The notes beneath the pieces were generated by a model. It was not told the origin of the DNA. It was given only the letters and a program-made list of their open reading frames with translations, and did no database searches. Position numbers and translations under genes: made by a program. Shown here in pieces: positions 12,690-25,699 of a stretch of DNA of 33,651 bases (positions are counted from its first letter, which is position 1; each line of letters begins with the position of its first letter). Origin of the DNA: Sphaeroforma arctica JP610 (Eukaryota); NCBI RefSeq assembly GCF_001186125.1, contig NW_014040393.1, positions 18,590-52,240 on the forward strand, read 5' to 3'.

Positions 12690-13921
12690 CTAAATAAGGG
12701 TCCTGACCCGAATGGTACTCGTATATTTCTCCTCAAGACCGCAGTAGAACGCTCAACCACCCCTTGACTATGGGACGCCCTGACCCTGGCAGCCCACTTG
12801 TTAGAATCCTGTAATTCCGTTAAACTCTCAACTGTACCCTCTCCAAAGAACGCAGACACGGGTATTGCATCCCCTGCCGACTTCCGACCTACACCCTTAA
12901 TTCCTATAGCTGATAACAAATCACCCCAGCTCAACTAACCATGCCACTCAACCTGGATTCAAATTACGCTACTGTCATCATACTCATGCCCTCGCCGCGA
13001 TGAAATCTGAGACACAATCCGAGGATGCCTGGAATGATGTGTGCCTTAACATCACTAAAGCGCACGACGAAGTGGTCCTTCCTCGCATGTGGATACTGCT
13101 GCGCCACGCTAGAATGCCAGAGACCTAGATTAGTTGCCTCCGTGCATTGTTCGAGAATGTTCCCACACGGGTGACGTATCGTGAGAAGACTTTACCTTTC
13201 CATAGAACGAATGCCATACTCCAAGGTCTGATTGTCAGTTCACATCTTTTCATCATCTACATAGACTCCCTGGCTATTCCGCTTGCTCAATTCCGGCTGA
13301 GATTGCTCCGTTCCTACCTCTTTCTGGATAGTACGCGCATCCAGGCTCTTTAGTCCGTTTGGCTGCAACCCTTCCTGAACACGATTGATGGTTGGGGTCG
13401 CCAGTCCGGTCTACAACAAGGGCTTTTTAATACCCGAAAGAGTTTATCGAGTAAGCTGCATGCGGTACCGCCTTTCCGTACCGAAAGACATCTCATCACG
13501 CCAACGCTAGCAGGCTCCCCAAATGCGAACACTCAACAGACGCCTACTTCTTCCTCCTATGCACATGGCGGCGGAACTCTCTGACATTTATCGACAATCG
13601 TTCAAAATTCAAAAACCACAGCCGTCTAAATGTGGGTTTCATGGATTCAGCTGGCGCCATCCACGATATCGGTTGGTAATATTCAAGACATTCGTTCTTT
13701 CAACGGCCGCCTATGGTATGAACATCATTGCACAAAACCCTAAATCCTTAAATGTCAAATTGAAAAGACGTGGTTATCACAAGGTATTTTCAAAAGCATT
13801 TGTTATAGTCTTCATACAGGACAACGAGTCAGAGTGTAATTTTAAAGTTACTTTCACCATTGCCCTCTGTAGCATCAGGGTACCGATTGTAACCCGAGGG
13901 TTTTTAAATCTTAACTTCTAA
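12690..13921 (+). mobile_element. Decayed non-LTR retrotransposon (LINE) reverse transcriptase fragment
   Basis: LINE RT motifs in order, across stops and frameshifts: KGPD, PSPK...PADFRP, QPGFK, CLNITKAHDEV (cf. LDIxKAYDxV), ILQGLIVSSHLFIIYIDSL (cf. QGxxLSPxLFxxYIDxL), LFLDS (decayed FxDD), IFKTFVLSTAAYG. Confidence 0.82.
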
Positions 13922-14082
13922 TCCAGGCCCCAAAAACAATCCCTGACATTAGTCATCATAAATATGGTGGTACCGCAGGTACCTACCGGATTCCCTCGTG
14001 AGAGAAACAGCTCTCAAGTAAAAGTCTGGATTAGGAAATACATATCACATATGAAGACTCGGTGCGCGTAGCTGGCTTAACC

Positions 14083-14495
14083 AGGCTGACTATTTCATAC
14101 TAAATGGTAAGCTAAAGCAGATACGTTAAATTGCAAAAGGAATATAAGTTTAGCTTCAGCTTTCGGTAGTGAATTAAAGATCAGGAGATTTTAGACTGAG
14201 ACTGTCACCTATAACCTAGGTCTCTATCCCATTAAAGGCATAAACCTAACTCTTCATCCCATTAAAAGCATAGACGGGCACATCTAGTAGGCTGTGTAGG
14301 AGGAATCGTTTTCATGCCCTATTTCTCAGTGGATTATCGTGCGCTGAGAGTATTCGGAAATATAACATGTATCATCAGGTGTCAATTTTCACCTGAGACT
14401 CTCCAATTATTCTATCCCAATGTTCTGGTGGGAAACATATCGTTTTAGAAAAACCACCTACTATAATTTCAGCAGTCTCCACACATGACTGACAT
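14083..14495 (+). repeat. Dispersed non-coding repeat, copy 1 (homologous to ~29805-30632 on the opposite strand)
   Basis: Shared blocks in the same order: AGGCTGACTAT, TAAGTTTAGCTTCAGC, GATTTTAGACTGAGACT, CATCTAGT..TAGGAGGAATC, TTTCTCAGTGGATTAT, AAAACCACCTA. Confidence 0.85.
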
Positions 14496-16288
14496 ATTTA
14501 TCCCCCGTGTGTTCGGGCACGGGCAGCTCAACCAAATCGATGATCACCCGGCGACTCGACTTCAGATACGCTTTGCATAGATGCGCATCTGTAGCGCTTG
14601 CTCCCGGTTATCTTCGCAATCATTGCATTTGTACACATCAATATTCATAAGGTATAATATGCTCGCGATTCGAATTGTAATATAATTTCGTGCCTTTCGC
14701 AATCTTTCTCGGTTCTTTCAGTCTTAATCATCTCATAGTAGATGCCTCGTATGATTCTGTAATATCGAAATCAAAAGGCGGGGCTTCTACTGCAACATCA
14801 ACTGAACTTGAACACTCTTCTAGTCCAGTTTTACATGAAGACTCAAAGGTAAATATACAACAGATATTTGTTTTGAATCCCTCTGTACAACGTGAAGTTT
14901 GAGCAAAATCGCACATGCTGTATATATCCTTGCTGTGATCGTTGTTCTCCAGTCGAGTATTGCTCTCCTTTTCTAGATCGATCATGATACACAGTACCCA
15001 ACAGCTGTATTTTGTTGACTCCGAAATAATATTTCTTGCTTAGATGTTGTAAAGACAACTATGTCATATATATACACTTGTGCGTCGTCCATGTCTCAAA
15101 ATAAATAATATTGTATGATTTATTGGAAAAATGATGGTATCGTGTAGATCTGTAAATCACTGCTTGTTCAAATAAACACTGCTGTTCATCCAAATTAAAC
15201 GAGAGGTGCTTCTTATGCGGTTTGTATATATTTATCTGGTGGTAGTCTTTGTCCTTCCTTTCATATAATTAACTCGCTACCTTTAGGTAAATAGAAGTTA
15301 TATGTTGGTATCAGTGTGGCATTGATAGGACTTATATCCTAACAAACTCGTACTTTCTTCAAGATCCCATTTGAATTAATCATGTCCGTAAGTGCAAGGT
15401 TGACTAGGGTGAGCTAATAATTCACTGCAATAACATGATCTTCCAACCAACAAGGTCTTAAATTGTTTCTGGCAACCTGTTCATATCGCCATGCAACGTA
15501 TTTACTAAGACACTGGAGTCTCGAGAAAGCAACTTTAGCCAGGTCTAAGCTCACACAACACCGTTGTTAGATTGAAGAGGAAATACTCTAAATGTACATG
15601 GCCTACATGGGAAAGTCACTAAATGTACATACAGATTTCCGCGTACGTTTTCTAATTACCCAATCAAATTCTTTAAATGCGAGTTTCAATTCCTTTCTCA
15701 AATTTATTAAACCGAAAAATTGAAAGTACATATAAAGACTTTTTATGTACATTTAGTGACTTTCCAATAGTAGTGTAGTTCGATTTGTTAATCGTCAATT
15801 ATACATTTTTGTTGTATGTTTAGGACTAACTAAGTTGAATTAATTTAACCTTTTCAAATTCAAAGGAGCTCCTCTCTTGAGACGCAGATATACAGCAGCT
15901 ATGGTTCTGTTTATGGTTAAATAACTTCCAATGTAGTAGGGATGTAAACAGTTCGTCCTTTACTTACCAGTGACTTGCCTTGCCGCCAAGAAAAAAAATG
16001 AAATTTACATATCGCCATCCCCTAAAAGTATTTACCTCGCAATTTTGATAGAGCAAGCAAATTTTGTGCACCTGGACATGAGAAGTGCAAATATAGTAGA
16101 TATGCTTATATTTTAATCGAATTGGCATATGAGGAAAAGAAAGGAGTATCAGGACAAAGCTAGGCAACTCAAGAGTGAAGGAAAGCAGGTATGCAATACT
16201 GATATCAAATGAACCATGATTGATCGGCGAATCCGTTATTACATTTATGCACGTATACAAACGCTTTTTACGAATTTAATTTCTCCAG

Positions 16289-16771
16289 GTTGCACCTTGG
16301 GCAGTAGAAAAGACTATAACCCACCTCAAAAAGTTGAAACCATGTACCGTAACTATCTTGAGCAACGCTGTAAACGGTGATTGGTTCGATTGCCAGGTAA
16401 ACTTCAAATCGCACAGTTCAACAGTCCAGACCTGCACAGTCAAGCTGGTACGCTCTCGGGGAATTATAGATTGTGAGAGCTGCAATTTACATGTGTCTGA
16501 AGGTATCCCTTGCGGGCATGCTGCGAAGTGCTTTGTGCACATTGCTAAAGTATCTAACGTAAATAATTTCGCGAGTGATTATAACCTGTACAACAAATGC
16601 TGGTATTCGCGGTTATTTTGGGTGGAAACTTACATCTTGCAAACCAGTTTCACGGGACAATCGATGTCCTTTGACTTTGAAAATATGGAGCAGCATTCAC
16701 TTCTTCCCTGTCCTACTCCGAGACCAGCGGGTCGCCCGAAGAAACAGTACGAAAAGTCATCTCGTAGGTAA
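16289..16771 (+). pseudogene. MULE transposase C-terminal part (SWIM zinc finger and AT-hook-like motif)
   Basis: IDCESCNLHVSEGIPCGHAAKC resembles SWIM (CxC...CxH), followed by LLPCPTPRPAGRPKK. GTAAGT donor near 16768. No DDE domain recognisable upstream. Confidence 0.8.
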
Positions 16772-18338
16772 GTAATTCTGTTTTGATGAGTTTTTTTAAT
16801 TTTTTTAAACCAGTGCTCTTTCAAAGACCAAGATGTAAAACACCTTATCCATTTTGATTGTATTAGGGAACATGTACTTAAAAAGACTATAAACACCTTT
16901 TCCACTATGATTGTATCAGGAATCATGTACTCAAGACGACTATAACGTCCTCGAAGTGTGGTGAAGCTGACCATAACATCAGCACCTGCGATGGCGAGTA
17001 TGTGGTTTATTGATTTATTCGATTCTGCGCGTGCTCGTCAGTCCCTATGGCAAGTCTCTTTTGTGTAATCATTTGTGACTTTCTTGCTTAAATTTCTTTT
17101 ACGTATCAACTAAGGAACCTTCGAAGTATACGAAAGCTGATAGAAGATCACGAAAGTTCAAGGTACGGAACAGTATCAGTGATTGCAATGTTGAGTTTGT
17201 TGCTTGTGATAAATTGTGTAATTGATTTCCAGGTATCGTGAATCACCTGCTCAAACGCACAGACAAAAACAACCGTCAACGAAGATACACTCAGTGGACC
17301 AAAACAATGGCATCATTAAGATTTTGCCCCTACGAGAGATGCCAACGACTGATAGATTATTTGTTAATGATCGTGACTTTAACGAAAAACCCCAAAACAG
17401 TGACACCGTTAAGGATTCGCCCCTACGGGAGATACCAACGACTGATGCGCCACTTTCATCAACGTCATCTGCCACGTATGTATATTTGATTTCTTTAAAA
17501 TATTGAATCGACGTTGATAAATGAAGGAATTGGATTTATTTATTTTGAGACAACGAAATTCTGTTCCAGGAGAAATATAAGACGCATTACTACGTGTATA
17601 GAGAAATTGATGCCGCAATGGTAACAAGCGATTGATTCGGGAGAACATCAGAAGAGAGCTTCTTTACATCAAATTATCAAGCATTATGAAAAGTAGAGGG
17701 AAGTTTTCCTCATAATGACCTCGGCTGCTTTTGCCCATGGGATTTCAGTGGCGCATTGAATGGATATAGAACATTTTCGAAATGTGTCTCTCGAAGAATA
17801 GATTAATACAAAGTCTGACTTCCATAGTTTAATTCGCCCTGTCACCGCCTTGTCACAGATACCATTGCGTCCGTCCCAGATGCTGATAACAATCCGACAC
17901 CTATACAGACAGAAACCTCTCCAGCGAAAAGTGACACGGAAACCAGTGAAAGTATGTTTTCCAGGCTGTATATCTCTGATAATTGAGTTTGTAAAGACTA
18001 TATTTGAGTAACGCAATGATTATATTCTTCATATTCAAAACTTGTGCTTGCTGACATAATATGTACATTACTTGGTACAGAGACAGGCTCCTCTTCTATC
18101 GTTACAGACAAGGAATGCACATCCAGTCAAATGATATCAACAGCTAGTAGCAACAACGACAATGACTACGGATCAAGATGTGTTTTACATTTTTGAGAAG
18201 GGTTATCGTTTTTCTGTAAGGCGAAGCTCGGTAAGTATTTATTGATCCCCATACTCCCAACCTATAATTAGCAGTGAACTGCCAGGGGAAATAGAACATC
18301 AAACATATCAGGCCAAAATCCATGCATCGGGTGCACCA

Positions 18339-19246
18339 ATGAGGAAAAAACTGGCTGCAAACCGCAACGCACGCCTAGAAGCCAAACGAAGAAAGACGCT
18401 TGGCAAGTCTAGAGTGTTAATGACTAGGAAAAACAAGTTGTATCGCTCTACATTGTTGAGAAAGAGAGCGCCGCCTTCTACAAAAAGCAGTGGGAACAGT
18501 GAACTTATAGAAAAGAAGCGAAAGGAGATAATCAACGTAGATACCAATGTAGCGATAGGTACTGTGGCAGAGTCGAAGCCGTTTTATGTCGGCCACTGGA
18601 TCTTGCAGGAGAATATTGTAGTACAGTGCTGTAAACCAGGGGAGTGGATCAGAGGTTCGCTCATATCCGAGGTGTTCTACCATTTATCGCAATTACCCTC
18701 TCTGGCTGTTCGTTTCTGTGATGCTGATGCACATAGAGTATGGATGAAGGACTTATAACAAGTATCGTAGGGGAGAAAGCCTACGACTTAAGGGACCACC
18801 ACAGGTGTCCGAAAGGATCTATGTGTTAATCCCATGGAATCATGGCAACGCGCATTGGAACTTGGCGATTATTACATTGTACAAAACAAACGCTACAGTT
18901 ACTATTTTAGATGGTGTGCCAAATCCTATTAGAGCTGACGAACAATTCAATTATATAGTACGATGGATGAAATGTTATTTCACAGATAATGTTAAATACA
19001 GCCTAAAAGTAGGCGGTATAAACCAACACGACAGTTTTAGCTGTGGGGGTTTGCTTTGTGCCTATGCTAGAACAGTATCAGAAAATACACAACTCAGTGC
19101 ATGATTTGGAGGCGTTGTCTGCGCACGACTATGTCACAAGCATCCAACATGACAACAGAATTAGAAAATGGATTTCCGAAATACTATTCTCGTATGTTCC
19201 CGTAAAAGAGCATCACAGACCATGTGAGTTGCGAACCAGGCAGTGA
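18339..19246 (+). pseudogene. Ulp1/peptidase C48 (SUMO-protease-like) domain inside the MULE, disrupted by stops or frameshifts
   Basis: VLIPWNHGNAHWNLAII...TILDG...QHDSFSCG gives His, Asp, Gln and Cys in C48 order (ORF 18805-19104). ORFs 18339-18758 and 19043-19246 flank it. Confidence 0.85.
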
Positions 19247-19540
19247 GATAAAACTTGAATGAAGCAGCATATATCAACACCAATCAATAAAAGACAACAT
19301 ATCCCCCCTCAACACATTTATTCGTAAAAAATGGATATAGCCGAAGGCTCTTTAATTTAAATTTAGGCAAGTTTTGCACGATAAAGTCACTAAATATGTA
19401 CATAAAAATATTGGAATTGTCGCTAAATGTACATTTGTACATATTTGATCAATTTTTCAGTACGTTTTCATCGAGAAAAAGGGTGAATGTATATTTTGTG
19501 ACTTTTCCACATTTTCAAAGTACATTTAGCGACTTTGTTC

Positions 19541-19686
19541 TAGATTGAAACTTAATCCAATCTGCGATCTTTCGGCCACTAATGCATGAGTAAATTAGAT
19601 TTCACTCAAGCAATAGAATGAAACTTAGCCCAATCTGCGATCTTTCGGCCACTAATGCATGAGTAAATTAAATTTCGCTCAAGCAG
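19541..19686. repeat. Tandem duplication, 73-bp unit x2
   Basis: 19541-19613 and 19614-19686 are nearly identical. The first unit begins with the MULE right TSD. Confidence 0.9.
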
Positions 19687-20904
19687 TAGTGGCCGTATAC
19701 AATAACAACTTGTATTTAATCTCACAGCATATCTGAACACTTGTGATTGCTACTTCTTAGATGACAGTTGTACTTGAGAAAAGTTGATATACATAATCGT
19801 TGCATCCTCCAACAGATGAACATGCGCAAAACAACAAACAATACTGAAGAATCTATCTTCCAAGATACTCTCTGTTTTTGTGCGATGAACAACATCATTT
19901 ATGTAAGTGCTACACGTGACTACTTCACAAGAAAATGAGCAGCTTGTGCCAAACATGGTTTGCATCTGAATCAACAATGTACGAGGTAGCTCACAGACTA
20001 TACATCTCTCTTCGAAAGTTTTAATCTCTGACCAACTCAACCTTCCTTTGATGCTCACTCTCTGTAGCTTGTACACGAATTATAGAGAGCAACAGGTGTA
20101 CACTCAATACAAATGTGTACGAATGCATAAAATGTTGTGATAGGAAACAGAAGGCGACACACAATACAACACCAGATAAGTCGTAAACCTTTTGTAACAC
20201 TAATTAAAATGATCGCTAATAAGTATTACGCACCACCAATAGGGATGATATTATCCACCAATAGCGTGCAGAAAATAAAATACACGACAGGTAGACAAAA
20301 AGTATATAATATCTCCTCTCATCTTTTGTGCCATTGGCAGTGCGGAGTGTTGTTATATCCATTGAATTGACATTCGATTAACTCATTGTATTTCTGTCCA
20401 TTTGACAACATACAGTATTTAAGTACTACGTATACTTATATTTACAACAATGCATGCAATGACCATAATTCCATGTCTAAATATTGACTGATATTGTAAA
20501 ATACTGTGGAAGTGTATTAGACATATAAAATGAACAATTCTGGATTATCGCACGTTTTGGGCTGTACACGATATTTTTTTAAATATTTAGATAGTAAATT
20601 GAGCACTGAACCGATATAAGGCGTTCATGTAACCACTATATAAAGATAGATCATGCGTGTAACAGGCCTAAGGCAGAAGAAATGGTTGGTGGGATTTCTA
20701 TAACTAAAATATGTGTTCAAGGACTATACATTTTGAAGATACAGCCCAGAATCGAAAGCAAATATTGTACTTTTGAAGCATCATCTTTTCTGATCTATTC
20801 AGCACTGATGCGATGTTGCAGAGAGTACAGAAAAGCCGCAGAGATTGCACTTAATCTGCACGCATAATGCAGAAGGCATCACAGGCACATTGACTGAAAC
20901 GACA

Positions 20905-21043
20905 ATAGTAAGTATGCTTACTGCCTATAGTTTCGTACCCAGGACTTTGACTGTACACCAGTCTTTGTAATAGTAAGTATAGTAAGTATGTTTACTGTCT
21001 ATAGTTTTGTACTCAGGACTTTGGCTGTACACCAGTCTTTGTA
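20905..21043. repeat. Tandem duplication, ~65-bp core, period 74
   Basis: ATAGTAAGTATG.TTACTG.CTATAGTTT.GTAC.CAGGACTTTG.CTGTACACCAGTCTTTGTA occurs twice. Confidence 0.9.
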
Positions 21044-23415
21044 TTTGATGTCCGAGTTTCACCATCAGAATATACAGAACATGGTCGGCAAATTGATGAG
21101 TGTAACGCAGCATTCAAGAAGTGGCAACAATTGAAGCAGCTGGGGTACGCCACAGATAGCCAATGCATACCAACAACAGCTTCATTGAATTTAGTTAAGC
21201 ACTGTAGTCGACGAGCATGGTGTATGTCCAAGGTAGCGATTAGATTCTGTATGACCACACCATGCGCTGAGAGCGCCGGATAGCTCCATATGAAGCTGAC
21301 AGTCAGCTTGTATACTTATGCAAAATGTATAATAGTCGTGAGAGTGCAGTGCTCGTAGTTACAAAATTAGTGTGCGGCGAAGATACATACATATGCTTTG
21401 ATTTCGTCAGCGAATGCGGTAAGAATATCAGTCGTGACAAATACTATAAGATCACCTGTCCGCATTGGCGTGGGGAATGAAGCAACAAGCTGCGTGAGCG
21501 AAGGTAAATGACAAATATAATATCTACAGGTGATGAAATATCTGAACTGGATCATACTTAAATAACACCTTTGCACAAGCCAACTATAGGACTGAAAAGT
21601 CCCAACTGACTCTCGACTTAAAGATACCTATTTGTTATCTCTTATTGTCCATCACTGACAATCCTCTACATCCCACAATTTGGCAAATAGGCTGTCTTTA
21701 CACAGTTCCAATATTATACTATCACTAATGCGTCCTGCGTACACCAATGAAGCAAATCACACTTGTTCAGTACCGGAAATTGAAACTAGTATTTTCGATT
21801 ATGGTGGTGCCTGTATTATACTGACCATGTTGCTCGTTGCGTGTCTACTTGATGCCTATATATTCCGTACAGTCGACCACTAGATTAATTTAACTATATT
21901 CTTCAATAAAACTGGAGCACGGTAATTGCATCAAATATGCTAATTTTACTTGAATCGCGACATGCAGGCACGGCACGATTCACAATATGAGTTATATTGA
22001 ATACTGTTTGAAAGCATCCCACATCGAACATCCATACAAATCGGACTCACATCATCCTCAAAAATCCTGTATCGTCAATCTACTGGGGTTGTATTCACTC
22101 TTCTCTCTCGTGAGAAATATACGAAAGCTACATACCTGGCGGAAGTATATAAGCCTGTCTACATTTTGACTATACTATCAATACTTGTTGTGTACTCATA
22201 TGAGAGTTTAATGATACTCTGTCTCTCTATATTGCCGATCGTAGTTTGCATTTTGATGCAACCGTCTGATTCCGGGCAGCTTGGTACGTTTGTCGGTATT
22301 GCCACCTATTTTTCTATTAACTGACTCGAGATCGCACTGTAACGATCCTACTCTGCATTTTGAGTCCAGTATACATACGCGAGATAGCATTGTCGTGAAC
22401 TGCGAGAGCAGAATCTCGCTCATGCTTGAGTTCAATAATCATCGTTGCAAGACGTACAACGGTAGCTTCTGACACGGTATTTTAGGGATAATATTATTTG
22501 TTTCAAAGGAGGTAAGTTACAATGTATGTACATATGGTATGGCTCTCGTAACCGTTGTAGTGGTTGGGGGGAAGATCGATGGGAGGAAGTGGTCAGTAAA
22601 TTCCCGTTTGAAGCTTGGGCCACGTGAGTCGACGATGGAGGAAATGCGCTGGGCCAATTCAGGCCGGTGTTGACTAAAATACTGACACCATCGAGTGTGC
22701 CACGCTGACCTACTAAGTAGCGTACCCACCTTTGTGGTACGGATTAGATCTGCACCGTGTAGTGCCGCGGAATGAGTTAGTGCAGAGTACGAAATGCCGA
22801 GTAGGACCAGGCTATCCGTCATAATTCGGTTGAAGTGCGAGGTTGGGGGTGAACAGATGCCGCACCAGACCACATATGCACTCGATATGTACTTGTCGGC
22901 TTGGATCGGAAGTATCATAGGCCCTACTCACACATTTACTGTGTTTTAAGGGATGTTCATCGGCTTGTATACTATCTTATACTATCATCTTATTTATTGT
23001 ATGTTCTCTGCATTTCGTACCTTCTGATGCCTGATGTTAGTTAAGTGTGCAAAACATTGTCTATATTTGCCTATTCCCTCGTGAAACAATCCACTTTTAC
23101 TGGAAATCAATTTTACATACTTCTAATTGTATTTTTTTCTAGGAAATTCAGAGCTCTTGTTGCCATTGTCGAGACGACCGAGCAGTTTCATTCATCGATA
23201 GAGCTTCTGCTTCTCGGGGTCATTTATGGGCACCGGCTTTTGCTTCTTATCCGCTGTTTTATCCTTACAGTAGGACACTGTACATACGACCACTTTATAT
23301 TACAGGTGCTGTAAGTCAACATTGAGTGTGGTACTAGCCGCGCAAATGAGCTGATATGTGTATACGTATGTCTATATAAATTTTAAAAGAGCATGTGTGT
23401 GTGCAAAAATCTAAG

Positions 23416-23678
23416 TGTAGTAAAGTGTACACGTTGGTTACTATCGTGAAACTAAGCTAGATGTTTCAGCCTTGCTAGAACCAGTGTACAAAATACCAGA
23501 CTCCCACCCTAGTTTAGGCTGTGTTCTTAACCGGGTCTCAGGGCCTCGGTTACTCTAGCTATAGTTGACATGTGAGTCCTTTGCCCTGGGCTCAGGAAAT
23601 AGGACCGTCCAGCTGTCCTTGTCATAGGACCGGACTTATCCTGGAGTAGGTCCGACCAGTATACCGTCTCCTACTACA
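23416..23678 (-). repeat. 3' LTR of the Gypsy element (263 bp)
   Basis: Termini TGTAGTA...TACTACA (7-bp inverted repeat), immediately after a G-rich PPT downstream of the integrase. Confidence 0.78.
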
Positions 23679-23691
23679 CCCCCCCACCCAC
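23679..23691 (-). promoter_or_regulatory. Polypurine tract (GTGGGTGGGGGGG) abutting the 3' LTR
   Basis: G-rich tract directly before the LTR's TGTAG on the minus strand. Confidence 0.72.
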
Positions 23692-23892
23692 ACACACACA
23701 GACGCGGGCTCGGAGGGGACGCGGCTCATAAGAAGGAAGGAGCGGTAATATCGCAAATTAAATTGTAATGTCACATATTGGCGTTATTACAATCGGGGAA
23801 ATAAATAAAGAAATAAAAGAAGGGTAGAATAAACCGGCGACCATGGAAGTACACGAAAAAAGGAAGGGTTCTCTGTGTACTTAAGGCGAAGA

Positions 23893-25305
23893 CTAGCCAG
23901 CTGTGGTGGTAAGCTTGAGCGCCAGTTGCTTATCTTGCCAGGAGGCAATCTTACTATCGCGTTCCGCCCGACTATGGGCGAAGGTGTTTGCTTTACGGAG
24001 TGTAGACAGCGTAGTCGCGGGGTTGGTGACCTTGTCGGCGTGGGACGAGAAATGGTCCTCGTCATCAGCTGTGAAATCATCGCCCCTGGGGCGGCCAGTG
24101 GTCTTCAGCAGCGTGATCCATTTATTAAACGCTGTGGAACAGCCGTACAGAAAACGCATGGCAGGGGCACTGGTCCGGAACATGGCGACCCGTTCGTCGA
24201 GATGTTCGTCGTCACCTTCATCAGCCAAAGGGGAACTGAAGAAGAGCCAGCTCCCAATGGCGGAGGCCGCTATTGCTCTCACCGGACGAAGCTCAGGCCG
24301 TCCAATCGGAGGCAGGTGAGCCTCGATATTTTCGATATGCACACGGCATTCCTTGTTCATGGCCTTGTCAAAAATATAGTGCATAACCGGGGCTGTATGT
24401 GCGAGGACAGTGACAGGGCCTAACCAGTCTTTTGTGTGTTTGTGATTAGGAGCCTGCATGGTGGTATATATAACTTCGCGCCCAATTTCGATCATGGGTG
24501 CGTCCACGCGGTGTCGATCGGCATACTCATTCTGCGCCTCCCGTACTTTAGCGACAGCCCGGGCGGCCTGGACATCCCGGGGAAGCAATTCAGCCTGTAG
24601 GGAAATGGTTGGCTCGGGACATCCGAGGACCGAATCTAAATCCCTTCGATGATCGCATCGATCGGGTGGGGGTAGATGCGACCCGTTTCCAAGGTATACG
24701 CACAGCTCTGGATCGCGGCAGAATAGATAGCTTTGTAGTTCGCCAGGAAATGGGGTAGTTCTTGTCGCCATCGGTGCTGATCACCAGGGGCAAGGGACCG
24801 TTGCAAGCTGTTACGGGTGGTCCGTCGCACTAAGCGTTCAATACGCCCGTTACCACCATGTTCACCCGTGGGGACCAGGTGTATTTTACTGTTGGTACTG
24901 GCGGCTTAAGCTGCAAACTCTTCGCTGATAAGGACACTGCCCTTGTCAATCACGTAGGTCTGAACATGCCCGCTTGGAACCAGATGTGTATTACAAAAGT
25001 GGATAAGTTCAGAGGCGAGCATGTCGCCAGAACGAAAGAGGGGGGGGGGGGGTGCCGAACGCTCGTAAAGTACAGCCGTTCTGGGCGATTAAGACATAGT
25101 AGTTGCCCTCTGCATCAGTTTAGATATACACAAAGTCAAGGTTCACTTCAGCAAAACATCGTTGCTGGAGCAGGCCGCGTGTGAATCCGGTCGGCAAGCC
25201 CAGACAAATCCAAATCTATAAGAGGGGGACGGGTATCGACCATCCGCACTTCTGGATACCAAGGGCCTGCAGGCGGTCGGCGAGGAGATGGCTGTAGCCA
25301 TCGTG
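23893..25305 (-). pseudogene. Gypsy integrase (partial HHCC, DD35E core, GPY/F motif, C-terminal extension)
   Basis: HDGYSH at ~25305; FAEVNLDFV..GNYYVLI (first D); VIDKG...GNGRIER with exactly 35 codons between D and E; WRQELPHFLANY; WLGPVTV...RVHIENI. Confidence 0.88.
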
Positions 25306-25699
25306 TCAGACCCAAATGATCTGGAAAATCTTCTCCTGACCGACCGGTTGCTCCATGCATGTAGGTTGCAACCGATCGAGCTGTTCGAGGACATAGGTCT
25401 CCGTGACCAGTGGTTGGGATGTGGACTTGTGCGTGGTAGAGCGTCGGTTGTGCAATGGTGCATCCGTATTAGGTGCGTGGGAAACCGTATAGGACACCGG
25501 GGAAGGTGGGTCCGGTGGGGACTGCCAAGTTTTGGGCACAAAGTCCACGAGGTCGGTCACCATGTCTATGGTGGAGGCTGTGTCGGGAACCTGTTGTTCT
25601 AGTGTCTATACTCCCCTGGAAATCGCCCAATTGGGCGGGTGTTTTCAGCCCATATGGACGATTTGTTGTGTTGCCAATATTTCTATCAGATTATTTCTT

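Larger units (their letters stand above)
15577..19540 (+). mobile_element. Mutator-like (MULE) DNA transposon, internally deleted and non-autonomous, carrying a Ulp1-like protease
   Basis: Perfect 9-bp TSD TAGATTGAA at 15568-15576 and 19541-19549. Imperfect TIRs start with GA and are built from the motif AAAGTCRCTAAATGTACAT. Internal SWIM finger followed by GRPKK. Confidence 0.9.

Noticed and set aside
14504..14523. CCCGTG...CACGGG hairpin as a Helitron 3' end
   Set aside because: The stem is only 6 bp, and no CTRR terminus follows at the expected distance.
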